DNA from: the human T2T-CHM13v2.0 reference genome, Homo sapiens
Reading direction: 5' to 3' (one strand)
NCBI RefSeq assembly: GCF_009914755.1
Contig: NC_060929.1
DNA length: 64,000 nucleotides
The translations under genes were made by a program, and so were the position numbers. The notes below the pieces were generated by a model, which was given only the letters and a program-made list of their open reading frames with translations, did no database searches and had not been told where the DNA came from. Shown piece after piece: positions 44,021 through 58,821 of the stretch; position 1 is the stretch's first letter; each line of letters starts with the position of its first letter.

Positions 44021-44699
44021 GCAATTTTGAGAATCCTTCAACAACTCCATAAATAAAGATCAAACCACACATGTCTCAAGGCTATTTGTGACAGTTTTGA
44101 ACTGTTGCAAGTAGTCTCAGGAAAGACAAGTACTGATCCTGAAGACTTTTTCTATAGCATAGATTATAAAAACATGAATTTCTAACCCTGGCTGCTCACC
44201 CTTCTCCCCATTCTTGTGTTTCTGACGGGGTCATCAGAAATTATCTCCTGGGGTACCATAAAAACCTCTCCAAAACAAACACATTTAATATGTAGTGTGA
44301 TAAAGCAGCTTAAAGTTGAGCATGTTAGAGGAAAGTCACTAAAACTCAAACAGGTAACAATGGCATTTCCCATTTCCTAAAGGGATGAAATTCCCATCGC
44401 AAGTGTGAAGCAGGTCAGATGGCTGCCATGTGTGCCTTTGAAAAATCAGTCAAGATGTGTTCAGGAACCAGAAAACTGACTAACCCAACAGGAGTATTTT
44501 TGAGTGTACATTTACTGTCTGAGCCCTTATATCTGAAGGAAATTAACTGCCTCACCACCACGCTACAGTTATTTATGGAACCACTTGCTGGGTAGGCAGT
44601 GGAAGCCCCTATTGATGGGCAACTCCTAGATGAGAAAGCCAATGAGCCAGTACCCACAAAAACAAATGTGCAATTAGAATCCAATTCATGCACGTGTGA

Positions 44700-44960
44700 A
44701 CCTCATGGGGCACAGTGCTGGGAGGGACGGGGGGCCAAAGAAGGCCTCTCCAAGAAGGTGACATCATAGCAAAGGTGAGGCAGGGCAGGTGAGAAAGGTG
44801 GGAAGGAGCCAATCCCTCCAGGGCTTCCAGACAGGAAATAATAGCCTGGTGCTCCAGGCAGGAGGAGCCTGGCCTTCTGGAGGCATTGACAGTGCTCCAA
44901 AGTTGAGGGTGGGAGAGGAAGCCACACCAGATCAGCGGGACCACTGTAAGGGGTCTGGGT
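44700..44960 (-). mobile_element. L2 fragment
   Basis: gaaggcctctccaagaaggtgacat..ttccagacaggaaataatagc..ggcattgacagtgctcc..agatcagcgggaccactgtaagg. Confidence 0.5.
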
Positions 44961-45648
44961 CAAGCTAGATGGAAATGAAGGGAGGACTCGGTACAGTTTT
45001 AACCCATAAGTTTTTCTTACTTTCCTGGTACATATTTGCTATTATGTTTGGCAGAGTTGGGCACCTGGAATGTTCTCTTGGTCAAGTAATTTTGATGAGA
45101 GTTCCTTTCTGTCCTCAAGGTCAGCCAGATATGCTCCCTCTTCCCATTATCCCCAACAGGTCTGCTGAACAAGTGCACTCAACTGCCTGGGTGCAAGTTT
45201 TCCCATGACATCAAATGTCTAGCTTGTGAGGGCTGCACTGTCTTGCAGGTGCTTCTATTTCTTGCTCTCAGCAGTACTGTAGCGGGGCCTGTATCTTGAT
45301 AGAGGCAAGGAAACCTGCGTCCTGGGGCTCAGTGGTTCTTGACACTGGCTTTCCGGTAGGATCACCATGGACACTAGAATGTTTCTGTAAAGGCCGGGGC
45401 CCCCACTCAAACCTGCCTTTCTGGGCTGTCCTGGCCCCAACTGCCTTGTTCAGGTTTTCAGGCATCCAAAGAGAAGAGTCAAGGTCAACCAACATTTATG
45501 CCGGCAGATGATCAGATTTCTCTTAGGAGAGTAGACATTTTCTTTTCTTTCCTGTAAGTCCCGAATTATAAGCTGAAAGTTGTTCCCTGCTGCTCACACA
45601 CAGCCCCTCTGAAAAGCAGAAAAACTTTCTGAGGTTTGAGCGAGGTGT

Positions 45649-45669
45649 TTTAACACCATGGACAGCGCC
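45649..45669 (+). promoter_or_regulatory. RE1/NRSE (REST-binding site)
   Basis: TTTAACACCATGGACAGCGCC versus consensus TTCAGCACCA(C/T)GGACAGCGCC: 19/21 with canonical spacing and a perfect right half. A second perfect right half-site GGACAGCGCC is at 45924-45933. Confidence 0.75.
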
Positions 45670-46261
45670 CCTGGTTCTTCGACCCGGATGCGCTTCCTAA
45701 TAAAACGGCATTCCAGGTTCTAGAAAGCATTTCGGTAAAACAGGCTCAGAAACACCAGATTCAAGAGAATAACCATTATATGTGAATACATTTAAAAATA
45801 GATCACACACTCTAACAACTGAAATGTACAGAAAAGATGAAAGTGCATCCGTTAACGTTTAAATGCCCATTTCTACTGATGGCATTCATCTGCACGCTCG
45901 CACAGCGGAGCAGCTAACCTTTAGGACAGCGCCCGGGGCAGAGCCAGCTCGGAGCCAGCGCTGCACAGCTGTGAGGGGCCGGCTTTAGGCTCACACCGCC
46001 TGTATCTGAAACGCTGGGACGGGTATTTAACCCCCTGAACCTCGTTCCTCTTGCCTGTGAAATGTGGATGCTCCAGCGGGAGTTTCTGAAGATTGGCAGC
46101 TTGGCATGTAAAGGCCTTAGCAGAAAGCTGCCCTTGGTTTTAGGACCACTTAAATACCCAATCAGGTTTCCCTTCACCACTTTCATTAAAGCTTTTTAAA
46201 AAATATGATGCTTCTTCAATGGAGCTATTTCCTCCTTCTCTCCACACCCAAAATACAAACA

Positions 46262-46450
46262 AAAACACACCCACCCGCACACATTCGCACATGCACTCAC
46301 ACATTCACAAGCATTCACACACACTCATATCTATGCTCAATATCACTCACACTCAGTCACACCCACCTGCACTCTCTCACACTCCCGACGCACATATTCA
46401 TGCATACGTGTACACACACATTCACTCACGCACCCTCACACATGCACAGC
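46262..46450. repeat. Degenerate (CA)n tract
   Basis: CA-rich low-complexity sequence. Confidence 0.9.
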
Positions 46451-46749
46451 AGGCTCAGATGAATAGGAGATGTCCCTCCAGCTCTCCCACATCTCAGGGA
46501 TTACGCTCAGAGCTCCTGGCACTGACGTTTGGAAAATCTGAGAGACCTCTGCCTCTAGACCACATTATTATATTATTCATTTTATATTTCTTCTATATTT
46601 TTGAGTTTTATGTTTTTTATTAGAAAAAAACATTTTATTAGCTGGGGGAGGGGGGAGAGAGAGAGAGAGAGAGATTTAAATACTTCTCCTGACTTCAAAT
46701 CTCTCACCTCTGAGATAGCTGCTGGTTTGTTTATGTAGTTATTCCCAAC

Positions 46750-47238
46750 TGTGGTCAACTGAAAAATAGCCCCAAATATGTCATTGTCCTAATCTCTGGC
46801 ACCTGTGATTGTGACCTTACATGGCAAAAGAAATTTTGCAGCTATGATTAAATTAAGGACCTCGAGATTGGGGATTACTTTGGATTTTCCAGGAGGACCC
46901 GGTGTCGTCTCAAGGGTCCTTTAAGAGGGAGGCAGGCAGGTTGGAGAGGAGAAGGCCACGTGATGCTGGACGCAGAGGACTAAGTGATGTGCTGTGAAGA
47001 GGGAGGAACAGGCCACAAGCCAAGGAATACAGGCCACACTGGAAGCTAAAAAAGGCAAGGAAAGGGACCCTCTCTTTAGAACCTTCAGAAGAAAGCAGCC
47101 CTACCAACACCTTCACTTTAGCCCAGTGAAACTCATTCTGGACTTCTGACCTCCAGAACTATAATGTAATAAATTTATGTGGTTTTAAGTCACTAAGTTT
47201 GAGGTAATTTTTTACAGCAGCAATAGAAAATTAATACA
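46750..47238 (+). mobile_element. MaLR solo LTR (MLT1D-like)
   Basis: tgtggtcaactgaaaaatagcccc..gtgaccttacatggcaaaagaaattttgcag..ttacagcagcaatagaaaattaataca; TSD ccaac/ccaaa. Confidence 0.88.
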
Positions 47239-47336
47239 CCAAATGTTCTCTGTACTCTGTGTGTGTGTGTGTGTGTGTACTTCACTTTTTTGGCCAAATG
47301 AAATTATATAAAGTATGTATTTTTAAAAACTTGATC

Positions 47337-47452
47337 AGGAGGCTGAGGCAGGAGAATGGCATGAACCCGGGAGGCGGTGCTTGCAGTGAGCCAAGATCGC
47401 GCAACTGCACTCCAGCCTGGGCGACGGAGCAAGACTCCATGTAAAAAAAAAA
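47337..47452 (+). mobile_element. AluY right-arm fragment (5'-truncated)
   Basis: ggagaatggcatgaacccgggaggcggtgcttgcagtgagc, carrying Y diagnostics. Confidence 0.85.
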
Positions 47453-48233
47453 GATTGATATCAATAATTCCTATAACATTATCTTTTTTAAAAGTTTTAT
47501 GGTAATCCTTTGTATGGGTGAACATATTGTATTTAGTCTATTATCAACATATGCATACTTATTATCTTTGCATTTCCACTACTAGAAATGATCAATGAAT
47601 ACTCATATCCATGTCGCTTTGGCCACATATGGCTGTGTTTCTGTAGGATAGACCCTCAGCGGTAGAAGGATGTCTAGGTTTCATAGACACTGTCGAATGC
47701 ACTTCACACACAAGATGCTACCCACATCTTAGCAACAATAGATAACATCAACCTTTGCCCACTTTTTTCTACTGGAAATGTTCATTTTTTTCTTATTGAT
47801 TTGATATAGATCTTTATATATTAAATATATTGCTTATATGTTGGATAAGTTGCAAATATTTTCTCTCTTTGTGTTTGTCTTTTAACTTTTTCCTTTCAGC
47901 AAGAAAATGTGCTCAGTTTTTATGTCTTAGAAGTAGGAAAGGCTTTTTTAAACCCAAAAGTCTATCAGAAAAAGATTGCCTAATAAATACCCTCTTATAA
48001 TTACATCTAAACTTTGTAGTTTCACTTTAAAATATCTAATCTTTAATACATCTGAAATTTGGGTGTGCATTGGGAAATAGATATACAACTTTATTTTTTT
48101 TTTCTTAAAGAAAAGCCAATCATTTGTATTTTCCTCAGGTATTTGAAATACTACCTCTTTTCATCTACTAGGATCCACAGCTATCTGGGTCTGTTTTAGT
48201 GTTCTCTGTGTGCTTATTAATTTACTATATATG

Positions 48234-48530
<297 letters not shown>

Positions 48531-49406
48531 ACTAGATATAAGATCCTGGGAATACAACATTCTTACAGTATTTTTGGATCTCTAGAAGGTAAACTCTTCC
48601 CTAATTATTTTTTTTTATTTTTAAAACTTTTTGACTCTTTTAATACACTTATTCTATTATTTTATGTTTTTAGTTTATTTCACTTTAATTTTTAGTCAAT
48701 GGAAGCAGCCAAAACAACCCATAACAGACTCTGCCAATGTGTACTGAATACTCAAGTTTTCAGCAGAATGAGTTACATGAAAATGTGCTCCTACTGGCTG
48801 AGACAAAGCAAAAGCCAGCACTGAGAAAGACAAAGTTGTAGACAAGGCTGGGAGCGAGCACAAGACTGTTAGAATACAAAGAACAAAATTATTCTCAAAA
48901 GAGAAGATTTGGAATGTAAAATAAAATAACAGTGCAATTAAATAACTGCATATGAGATGCCAGATTCTGTTAAACATGTGGAGAAGTGGCAAAGAGAAGA
49001 CAATTAAAATCATTGTGGAGTATGTGTGTGTGCGTGCAGGTATACAACGGGCAATTGGGTGGATTGGGGCACTAGGTGGTAAATTTTTAAAAGCATTTAA
49101 ATGTTAACTCTGAAAATTAAGGAAGACACTTATATTTAAAAATCACCAATATAACCATTTCTAGAATTAAAAGCCAAGATGTATAACTTCAAAGTAGTAG
49201 AGAATATAAAGTGCCTCCTCAACACGCAAAATAATTAATTACAAGACAAAGGTTGAAACAATAAGGAAGTGGAAGATAAATCCAAAGAACAAGATAATAG
49301 AAGCAAGCAAAAATGTATCAATAAGATTTTTAAAAAATAGATGGTACAAATATCCATGTAAGAAAGAAAACTTTCAGAAAGTTCCCTAAGACAAAGCACA
49401 AGCAAG

Positions 49407-49548
49407 TGGCTGGGAGCAGTGGCTCATGCCTGTAATCCCAGCATTTTGGGAGGCTGAGGCAGGAGGATTGCTTGAGTCCAGGAGTTTGAGACTGGTCTGG
49501 GTAACATGGCAAGACCCATCTCTACAAAAGCAAACAAACAAAGAAACA

Positions 49549-49598
<50 letters not shown>
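49407..49598 (+). mobile_element. FLAM/Alu left monomer followed by a perfect (CA)n microsatellite (about 49550-49598)
   Basis: Monomer ends at the A-rich linker, then roughly 24 CA units. Confidence 0.88.
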
Positions 49599-49601
<3 letters not shown>

Positions 49602-49826
49602 CAAGTGCCATTTATGAGTCATGCCTACAAAAAACTGATACTAACAGGCTGGAAGTTGAAGGGACAGAGGTCTACAATTTTGTTCTTTTAATTCACGATT
49701 CTCTTGGCTAATCTTAGCATTTTGCATTTCTATATGCATTTTAGAATCAGCTTGCTAATTTCCACAATAATAATGTGGGAATTTTACTTAGGACTGCATT
49801 TAACCCATAGATCAATTTGAGGGAAT

Positions 49827-49944
49827 TGTGGCGCCTGTAATCCCAGGTACTCAGGAGGCTGAGGCAGGAGAATCACTTGAACTCAGGAGGCAGAGGTTGC
49901 AGTGACCCGAGATCATGTCACTGAACTCCAGCCTGGGCGACAGA
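49827..49944 (+). mobile_element. Alu right-arm fragment without A-tail, inside an old L1
   Basis: gtggcgcctgtaatcccagg..gcctgggcgacaga, then L1 sequence resumes. Confidence 0.8.
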
Positions 49945-51075
49945 TTGCAATATTGGGTTTTCCAATCCATGGAGATGACATATTCCTCCATTTATGTAAA
50001 TATTATTTAATTTCTCTAAAGAGTTTTGCAGTTTTCAGTGTAAAAGTCCTATACATCTTTTCATAATCTATTTGTAGGTATTTTATGATATTGTAAATAA
50101 TATATTTTTAAAAATCCATTTTCTACTTATTTATTGTTAGTATGCAGAAATACAATTGATTGTTTTGTGTACTGACTTTGTATTCTGTACCCTTGCTAAA
50201 TTTGCTTATTGATTTGAATACTTGTGTAGACTTCTTTGGATTATCTATGTACACAATTATGTTATCAGCAAATAATGAGTTTTATTTATTTCTTTATAAT
50301 TCTTTTGCCTTTATTTATTCATTTTTCTTGGCTTATCCCACTGGATAGGACCTCCAATACAAGGGTGAATAGAAGTGTGATAATTGATATCTGTGTCTCA
50401 TTTCCAATTTCATGAGAAAAAGTTTTCATATTTTATCATTAACAGGTTTACTTTGGTTTTTTTGCTAATTTTTAAATTAAATTACAGACGTACCATGCTA
50501 TTTCTGATTTCCATTAGTTTTTTGTGTTTTCTTTTTAATCACAAATAGGTGTTAAATCTTATTTTTAAAACTTTTCTGTATCTACATAGATGATCATATA
50601 TTTTTCTCCTTTTTATGTTAATGTAGAAATTACATAGATTGACTTTCAAATATTAAACCCACCTTATATTGTCATAAATTCACATTAGACCTGATGTATC
50701 ATCATTTTTATATATCGCTAGATTTAGCTTATATTTTATTTAGGATTTTTGCATCAATAGTCCTAAAAGAGATTGGCCCATAATTTTCCTTTCTTGTAAC
50801 ATACTTGACAGATTTTGGTTCAAGGTTACACTGGCTTCAAATGTGACTTGGAAGCTGCCTCTTCTTCTTCATTCTCTGAAAGAGTTTGTGTAAGATTGAT
50901 GGCTGTAGGATGTACAGTAATTTCCCTTTCTCTATTCCTGATGTTGGTTATATATAGTCTTCCTTTTTTCTTTTTCTTGATCAATTTTATTGTATGTGTG
51001 TATTCATTTTCAAAGAATGAGCATTTTTTGCTTTATTGATTATCTGTATTGTACATTTGCCTTCTATTTCATTGA

Positions 51076-51432
<357 letters not shown>

Positions 51433-51558
51433 TAAAAATTTGTTATTCTTTTTCCAGTTTCTTGAGGTTATGATAAAAACTAAGATTGACTTTTGGTCAT
51501 TTTTTTTTTCATTGTAATATATGAATTTCAGGTTGTGCATTTTTATTTTAAGAATGGC

Positions 51559-51922
51559 TGTTTTAGTCCATTCTCACACTGCTATGAAGAAATATTTGAG
51601 ACTGAGTAATTTATAAAGAAAAAAAGTTTAATTGACTCACAGTTCTGCATGGCTGGGGAGGCCTCAGGAAACTTACAATCATGGCAGAAAGCCCCTCTTC
51701 ATAGGGCAGCAGGAGAGAGAAATGAGTACCAGCAGGGGAAATACCAGAAGCTTATAAAACCATCAGATCTCATGAGACTCCCTCACTATCATGAGAACAG
51801 TACGGGGGAAACCACCCCCATGATTCAATTACCTCTCACTAGGTGCTTCCCACAACACATGAGGATTGTGGGAACTACAACTCAAGAGGAGATTTGGGTG
51901 GGGACACAACCAAACCTTATCA
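51559..51922 (-). mobile_element. THE1 solo LTR (THE1C-like)
   Basis: 364 bp with TG..CA ends and a perfect 5-bp TSD atggc (51554-51558 / 51923-51927). Confidence 0.92.
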
Positions 51923-52530
51923 ATGGCTTAAAATCTTTGCCAGGTTTTCATATGTCATATTGTCTTTATCACTCAGTTCCAAATATTCTCTAATATTCTT
52001 TCTGATATCTTCTTTCACCCATAGGTTATTAGAACTGTATAGCTTAATTTTCAAACTAGTAGGGATTTTCCAGTTTCTTTTTTCCCAAGCTAACTTTCTG
52101 AGAAAATTATCTTCATTATTTAAATTTTTTGAAATTTTGGGAGCTTGATTTACTGACCAGCTATAATCAATTCTGGTAAATGTTTTCACATGCAATTAAA
52201 AAGAATGTGTATACTATGGATTTAGAGTGCAGTATTCTATAAATGATAATTAGGCCAACCTTGCTAATTGTGTTATTCAAATTATCTGCTTTGAAATAAA
52301 TGTGTTAAAATCTACCATTATGGTTGTGAATTTATTCACTTGTTCTTCATATTTTGTTAGTTTTGCTCTACATATATTTTGAAGTTCTGTTATTAGATTG
52401 ATGCAGATTAAAATTTATGATATCTTCCTAGTGAACTGACCCCATTATCATTTTCAAATGTTTATCTTTAGTAACACTTCTTGCCTTAAAGTCAACTCTG
52501 TCTGATATTAGTATAAATATACTAGCTTTC

Positions 52531-52797
52531 TATGCCTGTAATCCCAGCACTTTGGGAGGCCAAGGTGGGTAGATCACTTGATTCCAGGAGTTCTACACCA
52601 GGATGGACAACATGGCAAAACCCCTTTTCTACGAAAAATACAAAAAATTAGTGGAGTGTAGTGGTGCATGCCTGTGGTCCAGCTACTTGAGAGGCTGAGG
52701 GTGGAGGATTGCATGAGCCTGGGAGGCAGAGGTTGTAGTGACCTGAGATTGCACCACTGCACTCCAGCCTGGATGACACAGTGAGAACTTGTCTCAA

Positions 52798-52860
<63 letters not shown>
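52531..52860 (+). mobile_element. AluJ (slightly 5'-truncated) with an A-tail-derived (TA)n microsatellite
   Basis: A-run followed by about 22 TA units; TSD atactagcttt. Confidence 0.9.
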
Positions 52861-52864
<4 letters not shown>

Positions 52865-54589
52865 TTATACTAGCTTTGGTTTGGTTTTCCTGGCTTACCT
52901 TTTCTCATCATTTTACATTCAATCTTTTTGTGTCCTGATATTTAAATTATTATCTCTTGGAAGCAGCATATAGCTGGTTTTAATAGCCTCAACTGACGAT
53001 CTTAAATCTTTTTCTTGGAGCATTTAGACCATTTATGTTTAACATAATTACTGATATAGTTATGTTTATATCTACCATGTTACTATTTTCTTTCTGTTTG
53101 ATTCACCTGCTTTGTGTTCCTTTTTCATCCTTTCATGACTTCTTTTACATTAATCAAATATTTGTATCATTTTATTTTCCCTAAGGTAACATGCCAGCTG
53201 CTATATAAACTTGAAATCGCTGATGAAATAGACATTTTGTTATAAAGGTGCAAATAATTCAAATGGATTTTTTAAGAACTAGAACACCAGAAAGGGCTCT
53301 TGAAAATTTAAAATTTATCAAAAATCTGTCTTCAATGTTGGGATGGCCAGATAATTCTTACAAATAATCATGATGATACCTTTAAAAACAAATGCCATGA
53401 TTTAAACTACAGGAGTATCACAGAAGTGAAACTTTTAATATTACTGTATATTGTCTAGCAGTATAGTCTAGTAATAATATAGCATGCCTAAACAGATTTT
53501 ATTGCTTGAATGTGAATGTGATTTAACATAAATGAAGCCTCTCTATAATTCGTGAATGAATAAAAAGGTCAGGAGAGAAAGGCTAGGATATTTTGATAAA
53601 TATAAAAAAGGTACTTGAGAGTATTTCTTTCTGAATTTTAAAAAGCTTCTAGAACTAGGGATAGAATATCATTTTCTTAATAACATAGTAACCCACTGGA
53701 ACCAGCAACTAAAGAATATTTAATAATTAAAGAATATAATTATTTTCATTAAAATCAAGAACAACAGAAAATGCCTACTATTACTCATATGGTTCATCAT
53801 TGATTTGCATTTGCATTGTCTAATGATTTTAGATAATGCAATAAGATAAGAAAAATATGAAGCTGCATACTGCAAAGTAGGAAATGATACTATCTGTCTT
53901 TACAGATGATTTGATTGTCTATCTGAAAAATCCAAGGGAATCAATTGATTAACACTACTTTAATTGATAACAAACTCTAATTGGATGGTTGGTTAGCAAT
54001 CCAAGACACAGAAATCAATATTTTTCCAACATAGCAGCAATAACTTGAAAAGCTAAAAAAACTACATATTTTCATTTAAAAATATGTAAATACTAGCAAT
54101 AAACTTAAAAAATGCGCAGAGTCACTGCAAAGTAATTAACGCTTTACTTCAAGACATAAAATTTTTGAATAAGACAGCATTCTTCTGGATTGGAGACGTG
54201 TATTCTTTTTTTTGAATTATAGAACCACAAAATTTACGTAATAAAATATGATTTGAAGCCTCTCTCATGCTCACGCTCATCGGCAACTTCACATACTTTT
54301 AGTTGTACATTTACATCTAAACACAAACATATAGCTTTCATAAAAATAGAATCATACTGAATATGCTATTCCCCAGGTTGCTTTCCATTCAAGAACACAT
54401 TTAGGAGTTCTTTTTACGGTAGTATAGTTATATCTCATTTTTAACTCCTACATAGGATTTCATAGTATGGATATGCATGATTTATTTACATATTTCCTTT
54501 CTAATGGATTGTTTATAATCTTTTAATTTATTAAAGCTATTTACATATTATAGATATCAAACCTATGTCTATTTATTTTTTGAATTTAT

Positions 54590-56686
54590 TTTGTGTTTTA
54601 ACTTTAAATTTTTAATTTCAACAGCTTTAAGAATCCAAGTGGTTTGGGGTTACATGGATGAATTGTATAGTGGTGAAGTCTGAGATTTTATTGTACCCAT
54701 CACCCAAGTAGTGTATGTTGTACCTTATAGGTAGTTTTCTATCCCTCACGCTTACCCACCCTCCCCACTTCTGAGTCTTCAACATCCACTATACCACTCT
54801 GTATGCCTTTGCATACCCATAGCTCAGCTTCCACTTATAAGTGAGAACATGTGATATTTGGTTTTCCATTCCATTCCTGAGTTACTTCACATTGGATAAT
54901 GGCCTGTAGTTCAATCCAAGTTGTTGAAAAAGACATTATTTCATTTTTTTACAGCTAAGTAGTATTTCATGAGATATATATATGGTTATATATATGATAT
55001 ATATGGTTATATATATGATATATATATCGTGTATATATATGGTGTATATATACATATCATATTTTCTATATCCATTCATTGTATGATGGGCACTTAGGTT
55101 GATTCCACATCTTTGCAATTGTGAATTGTGCTTTGATAAACATACATGTCCAGTTGTCTTTTTGATTTAATGACTTCTTTTCCTTCGGGTAGATACACAA
55201 TAGAGGGATTGCTGGGTTGAATGGTAGATTTACTTTTAGTTCTTTGAGAAATCTCCAAACTGTTTTCCATAGAGAATGTGTTAATTTACATCCCCACTAG
55301 CAATGTATGAATGTTCACTTTTCATCACATCCATTCCAACATCTATTGTTTTTTGACTTTTTAATAATGGCCATTCTGGTTGGGGTAAGGTGGTATCTCA
55401 CTCTAGTTTGAATTTGTATTTCCCTGATGATTAGTGATGTTGAGCATTTTTTCATATATTTGTTGGCTGCATGAATGTCTTCTTTTGAGAATTGTCTACT
55501 CATGGCACTTGTTCACTTCTTAATAAGATTATATTTTTTCTTGCTGATTTGTTTGAGTTCTTGTAGATTCTGGATATTAGTTCTTTGTCAGAGCCATACG
55601 TTGCAAATATTTTCTCCCATTGTGTAGGTTGTCTGTTTGCTTTGTTATTTCTTTTGTTGTGGAGAAGCTTTTTAGTTTAATTACATCCCATTTATTTATT
55701 TTTGTTTTTGTTGCATTTGCTTTTGGGATCTTAGTCTTAAATTCTTTGCCCAGGCCAATGTCCAGAAGAATTTTTTCTAGGTTTTCTTCTAGAATTTTTT
55801 TATGGTTTCAGGTCTTAGATTTAAGTCTTCAATCCTTTTAGAGTTAATTTTTGTATATGGTGAGAGACAGAGATCCAGCTTCATTCTTCTACATGTGGCT
55901 ATCCGATTTTCCCGGCATCATTTATTGAATAGGGTGTCCTTTCACCGGTTTATGTTTTTGTGTGCTTTGTCAAAGATCAATTGACTGTAAGTATCTGGCT
56001 TTATTTATGGTTCTTTATTCTGTTCCATGGGTCTATGTATCTACTTTTATACCAATAACATGCTGTTTTGGTTACTACAGCCCTTGTTGTATAATTTGAA
56101 CTCAGGTAATATGACGCCTCCAAATTTGCTCTTTTCATTTAGCATTGTTTTGGATATTCAGGCTCTTTTTTAGTTTCATGTGAATTTTAGGATTGTTTTT
56201 CTAATTCTATGAAAAATGATGTTGGTATATTAATAGGAATTGCATGGAATCTGTAGATTGCTTTGGGCGGTATGGCCATTTTCACAATATTGATTTTTCT
56301 AATCTATAAGCATGCGATGTACTTCTATTTATTTGTACCATCTATTATTTCTTTTAGCAGTATTTTGTAGTTCTCCTTGTAGACATATTTCACCTTTGTG
56401 GTTAAGTATATTCCTAGCTTTTTTGTGGTTATTGTAAAAGGAATTGAGTTCTTAATTTCATTCTCAGCTTGGTCATTGTTGTTGTATAGCATTGCTATGG
56501 ATTTCCCTACACTGATTTTATAACCTGAGAGTTTACTGAGTTTATTTATGAGATCTAGGAGTCTTTAGGGTTTTCTAGGTATATAATTATATCACCAACA
56601 AACAGATAGTTTTGATTTCCTCTTTTCCAATCTGAATGTCTTTTTGTTTCTTTCTTTTGCCTGATTGCTCTGGCTAGGACTTCCTG
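54590..56686 (-). mobile_element. L1PB-like 3' 2.1 kb, with a (TA)-rich expansion at about 54975-55035
   Basis: Antisense 3' UTR (ggttacatggatgaattgtatagtggtgaagtctgagatttt) and ORF2 C-terminal remnants (ORFs 55315-55503 and 56555-56806, EVLARAIRQ). Confidence 0.88.
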
Positions 56687-57144
56687 TATTAATTCTTCTA
56701 TGTATTTAGCACAAGTTGATAAATTCCATTTATAGAATCTAAAAATGTAATATAATACATTTAAATTTATAGAACTCCGTTGGGGTTTTGTTCTTGAACT
56801 TACCAAAATTGTCCTGATTTATCTAGAACAATACATTTGCTTGAATATACAAGATTTTTTCAGTAAAATAACATTTAATTTTGGAGGAGAAGTATCCTCT
56901 TACTAGATAGTAAACATCAATTTACAGTCTAATAAGCAAAACAATATTTTTTTCGTCAACAAATAAATAGACCAATCACTGGAACTCAATAGAAACTTTA
57001 GAAATGTACTCAAGTTTCTGTAAGAATTTATGATATCATAATCTCAATAACTGGAGAAATAGTATATTGGAATGCATTATCATTTAGAAAAAAATAAATT
57101 TCCTATCTTATGTCTTACACAAAATAAATTCAAAATGCATTAAA

Positions 57145-57449
<305 letters not shown>

Positions 57450-58542
57450 TGAATTAACGCTTTAAATGTGAAATGTAAAGGCAGATGGTGAATATATGTA
57501 TTTGATTGGGTAAGGAAATTCTAAGCATGACTCACAGTCAGAAAAAGTACTCTATGAATATTTTTCCCCTTCACAGTGGTTGGTCATTATTCCTAAAATA
57601 TTATACTAACCCACTGAACCACTGCTTTATGTCTCATGATCCACTAGTTGGAAATTTTTTTGTCTTCACATCTTTCTTGCATAAAAAACTTACATATTTA
57701 GAAGATTTATCCAGTAATGGGCTTTACATTTACCATAAATATCATTTTTTTCTCCCATGAAATTATAGGTCACATTTTAGACATCAGGAGACTTTCAGTC
57801 CTAAGAAGTTACAATTTGAAATTAAACTTATCTAGTTTTTAAAAACTTCTAAGCTAGCAGGATATAAATAATGTGCTAGTGTTGGCAATAACTGTTCATA
57901 GCTGTTTCAAAAATTTGAATTCTGGAAATGAATTCCCTCAGCAGCATGTTTTGTTTGCTTCAGGCATTTTGCAAATACAATACTTTCAGAACACAGCTTT
58001 CTATCTCCCCCATGAAGTAATTTGAGAACCACCTTTATGGTTTGTCATTTTATTGTTTAGACTTGAAATGGATTCATCTGTCTTACTAGTTAAGCCTTTA
58101 ACTAATAATATAATTACAGCATTTATGCATGTATTTCTTATGACACTCCAATCTTCACAAACTCCTCCTTAGGAATTAGTGTAAAAGAAAGAGGTGAAAT
58201 TTCTCCCATCTCCCTCCAATAGCTGTGTGCCTTCTGGCAAACACATGCTATGATCTGTGTCTCTAAAATATGCTGAGTGCTTTGTCCTGAAAAGAGTCCG
58301 CTTCTCTGGAAAAAAAAGTTAGCCAAGATCCCTCTCTAACTTTATGATGAAAAGTATCATTCCAGTTGAGAAGCACAAGTCCCATTCAAAAGGAATGGAA
58401 GTGAATTTTACAAAGATTATGTGATTGACCTGAAGAGGAAGACAAAGCAAATTGAATATATCTTCTTGTACCATACGTGACAATTTCTTTGAAGGTTTTA
58501 GGGCCATGAATATGACTTTCCTAATAAAGCAACCCATTTCAA

Positions 58543-58821
58543 TTTTTTTTTTTTCCTTTTGAGATAAGGTCTCACTCTGTCACCCAGGCTGGAGTGCAGT
58601 GGTGCAAACGCAGCTCACTGCAGCCTTCACCTCCCAGGCTCAGGCCATCCTCCCCAGTAGCTGGGATTACAGGTGCACACTACCGTGCCTGGCTAATTTT
58701 TAAAAATGTTTTGTAGAGACAGGGTTTTGCTATATTGCCCAGGCTGTCTCAACTTCCTGGCCTCAAGTGATCCTCCCGCTTCGGCCTCTCAAAGTGCTGG
58801 AATGAGCCACCACACCTAGCC
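58543..58821 (-). mobile_element. AluJ with small deletions
   Basis: Antisense dimer. Confidence 0.88.

Noticed and set aside
45661-45678. CTCF-like cagcgcccctggtt
   Set aside because: One G short of the CTCF core spacing; better explained as the right half of the RE1 site.
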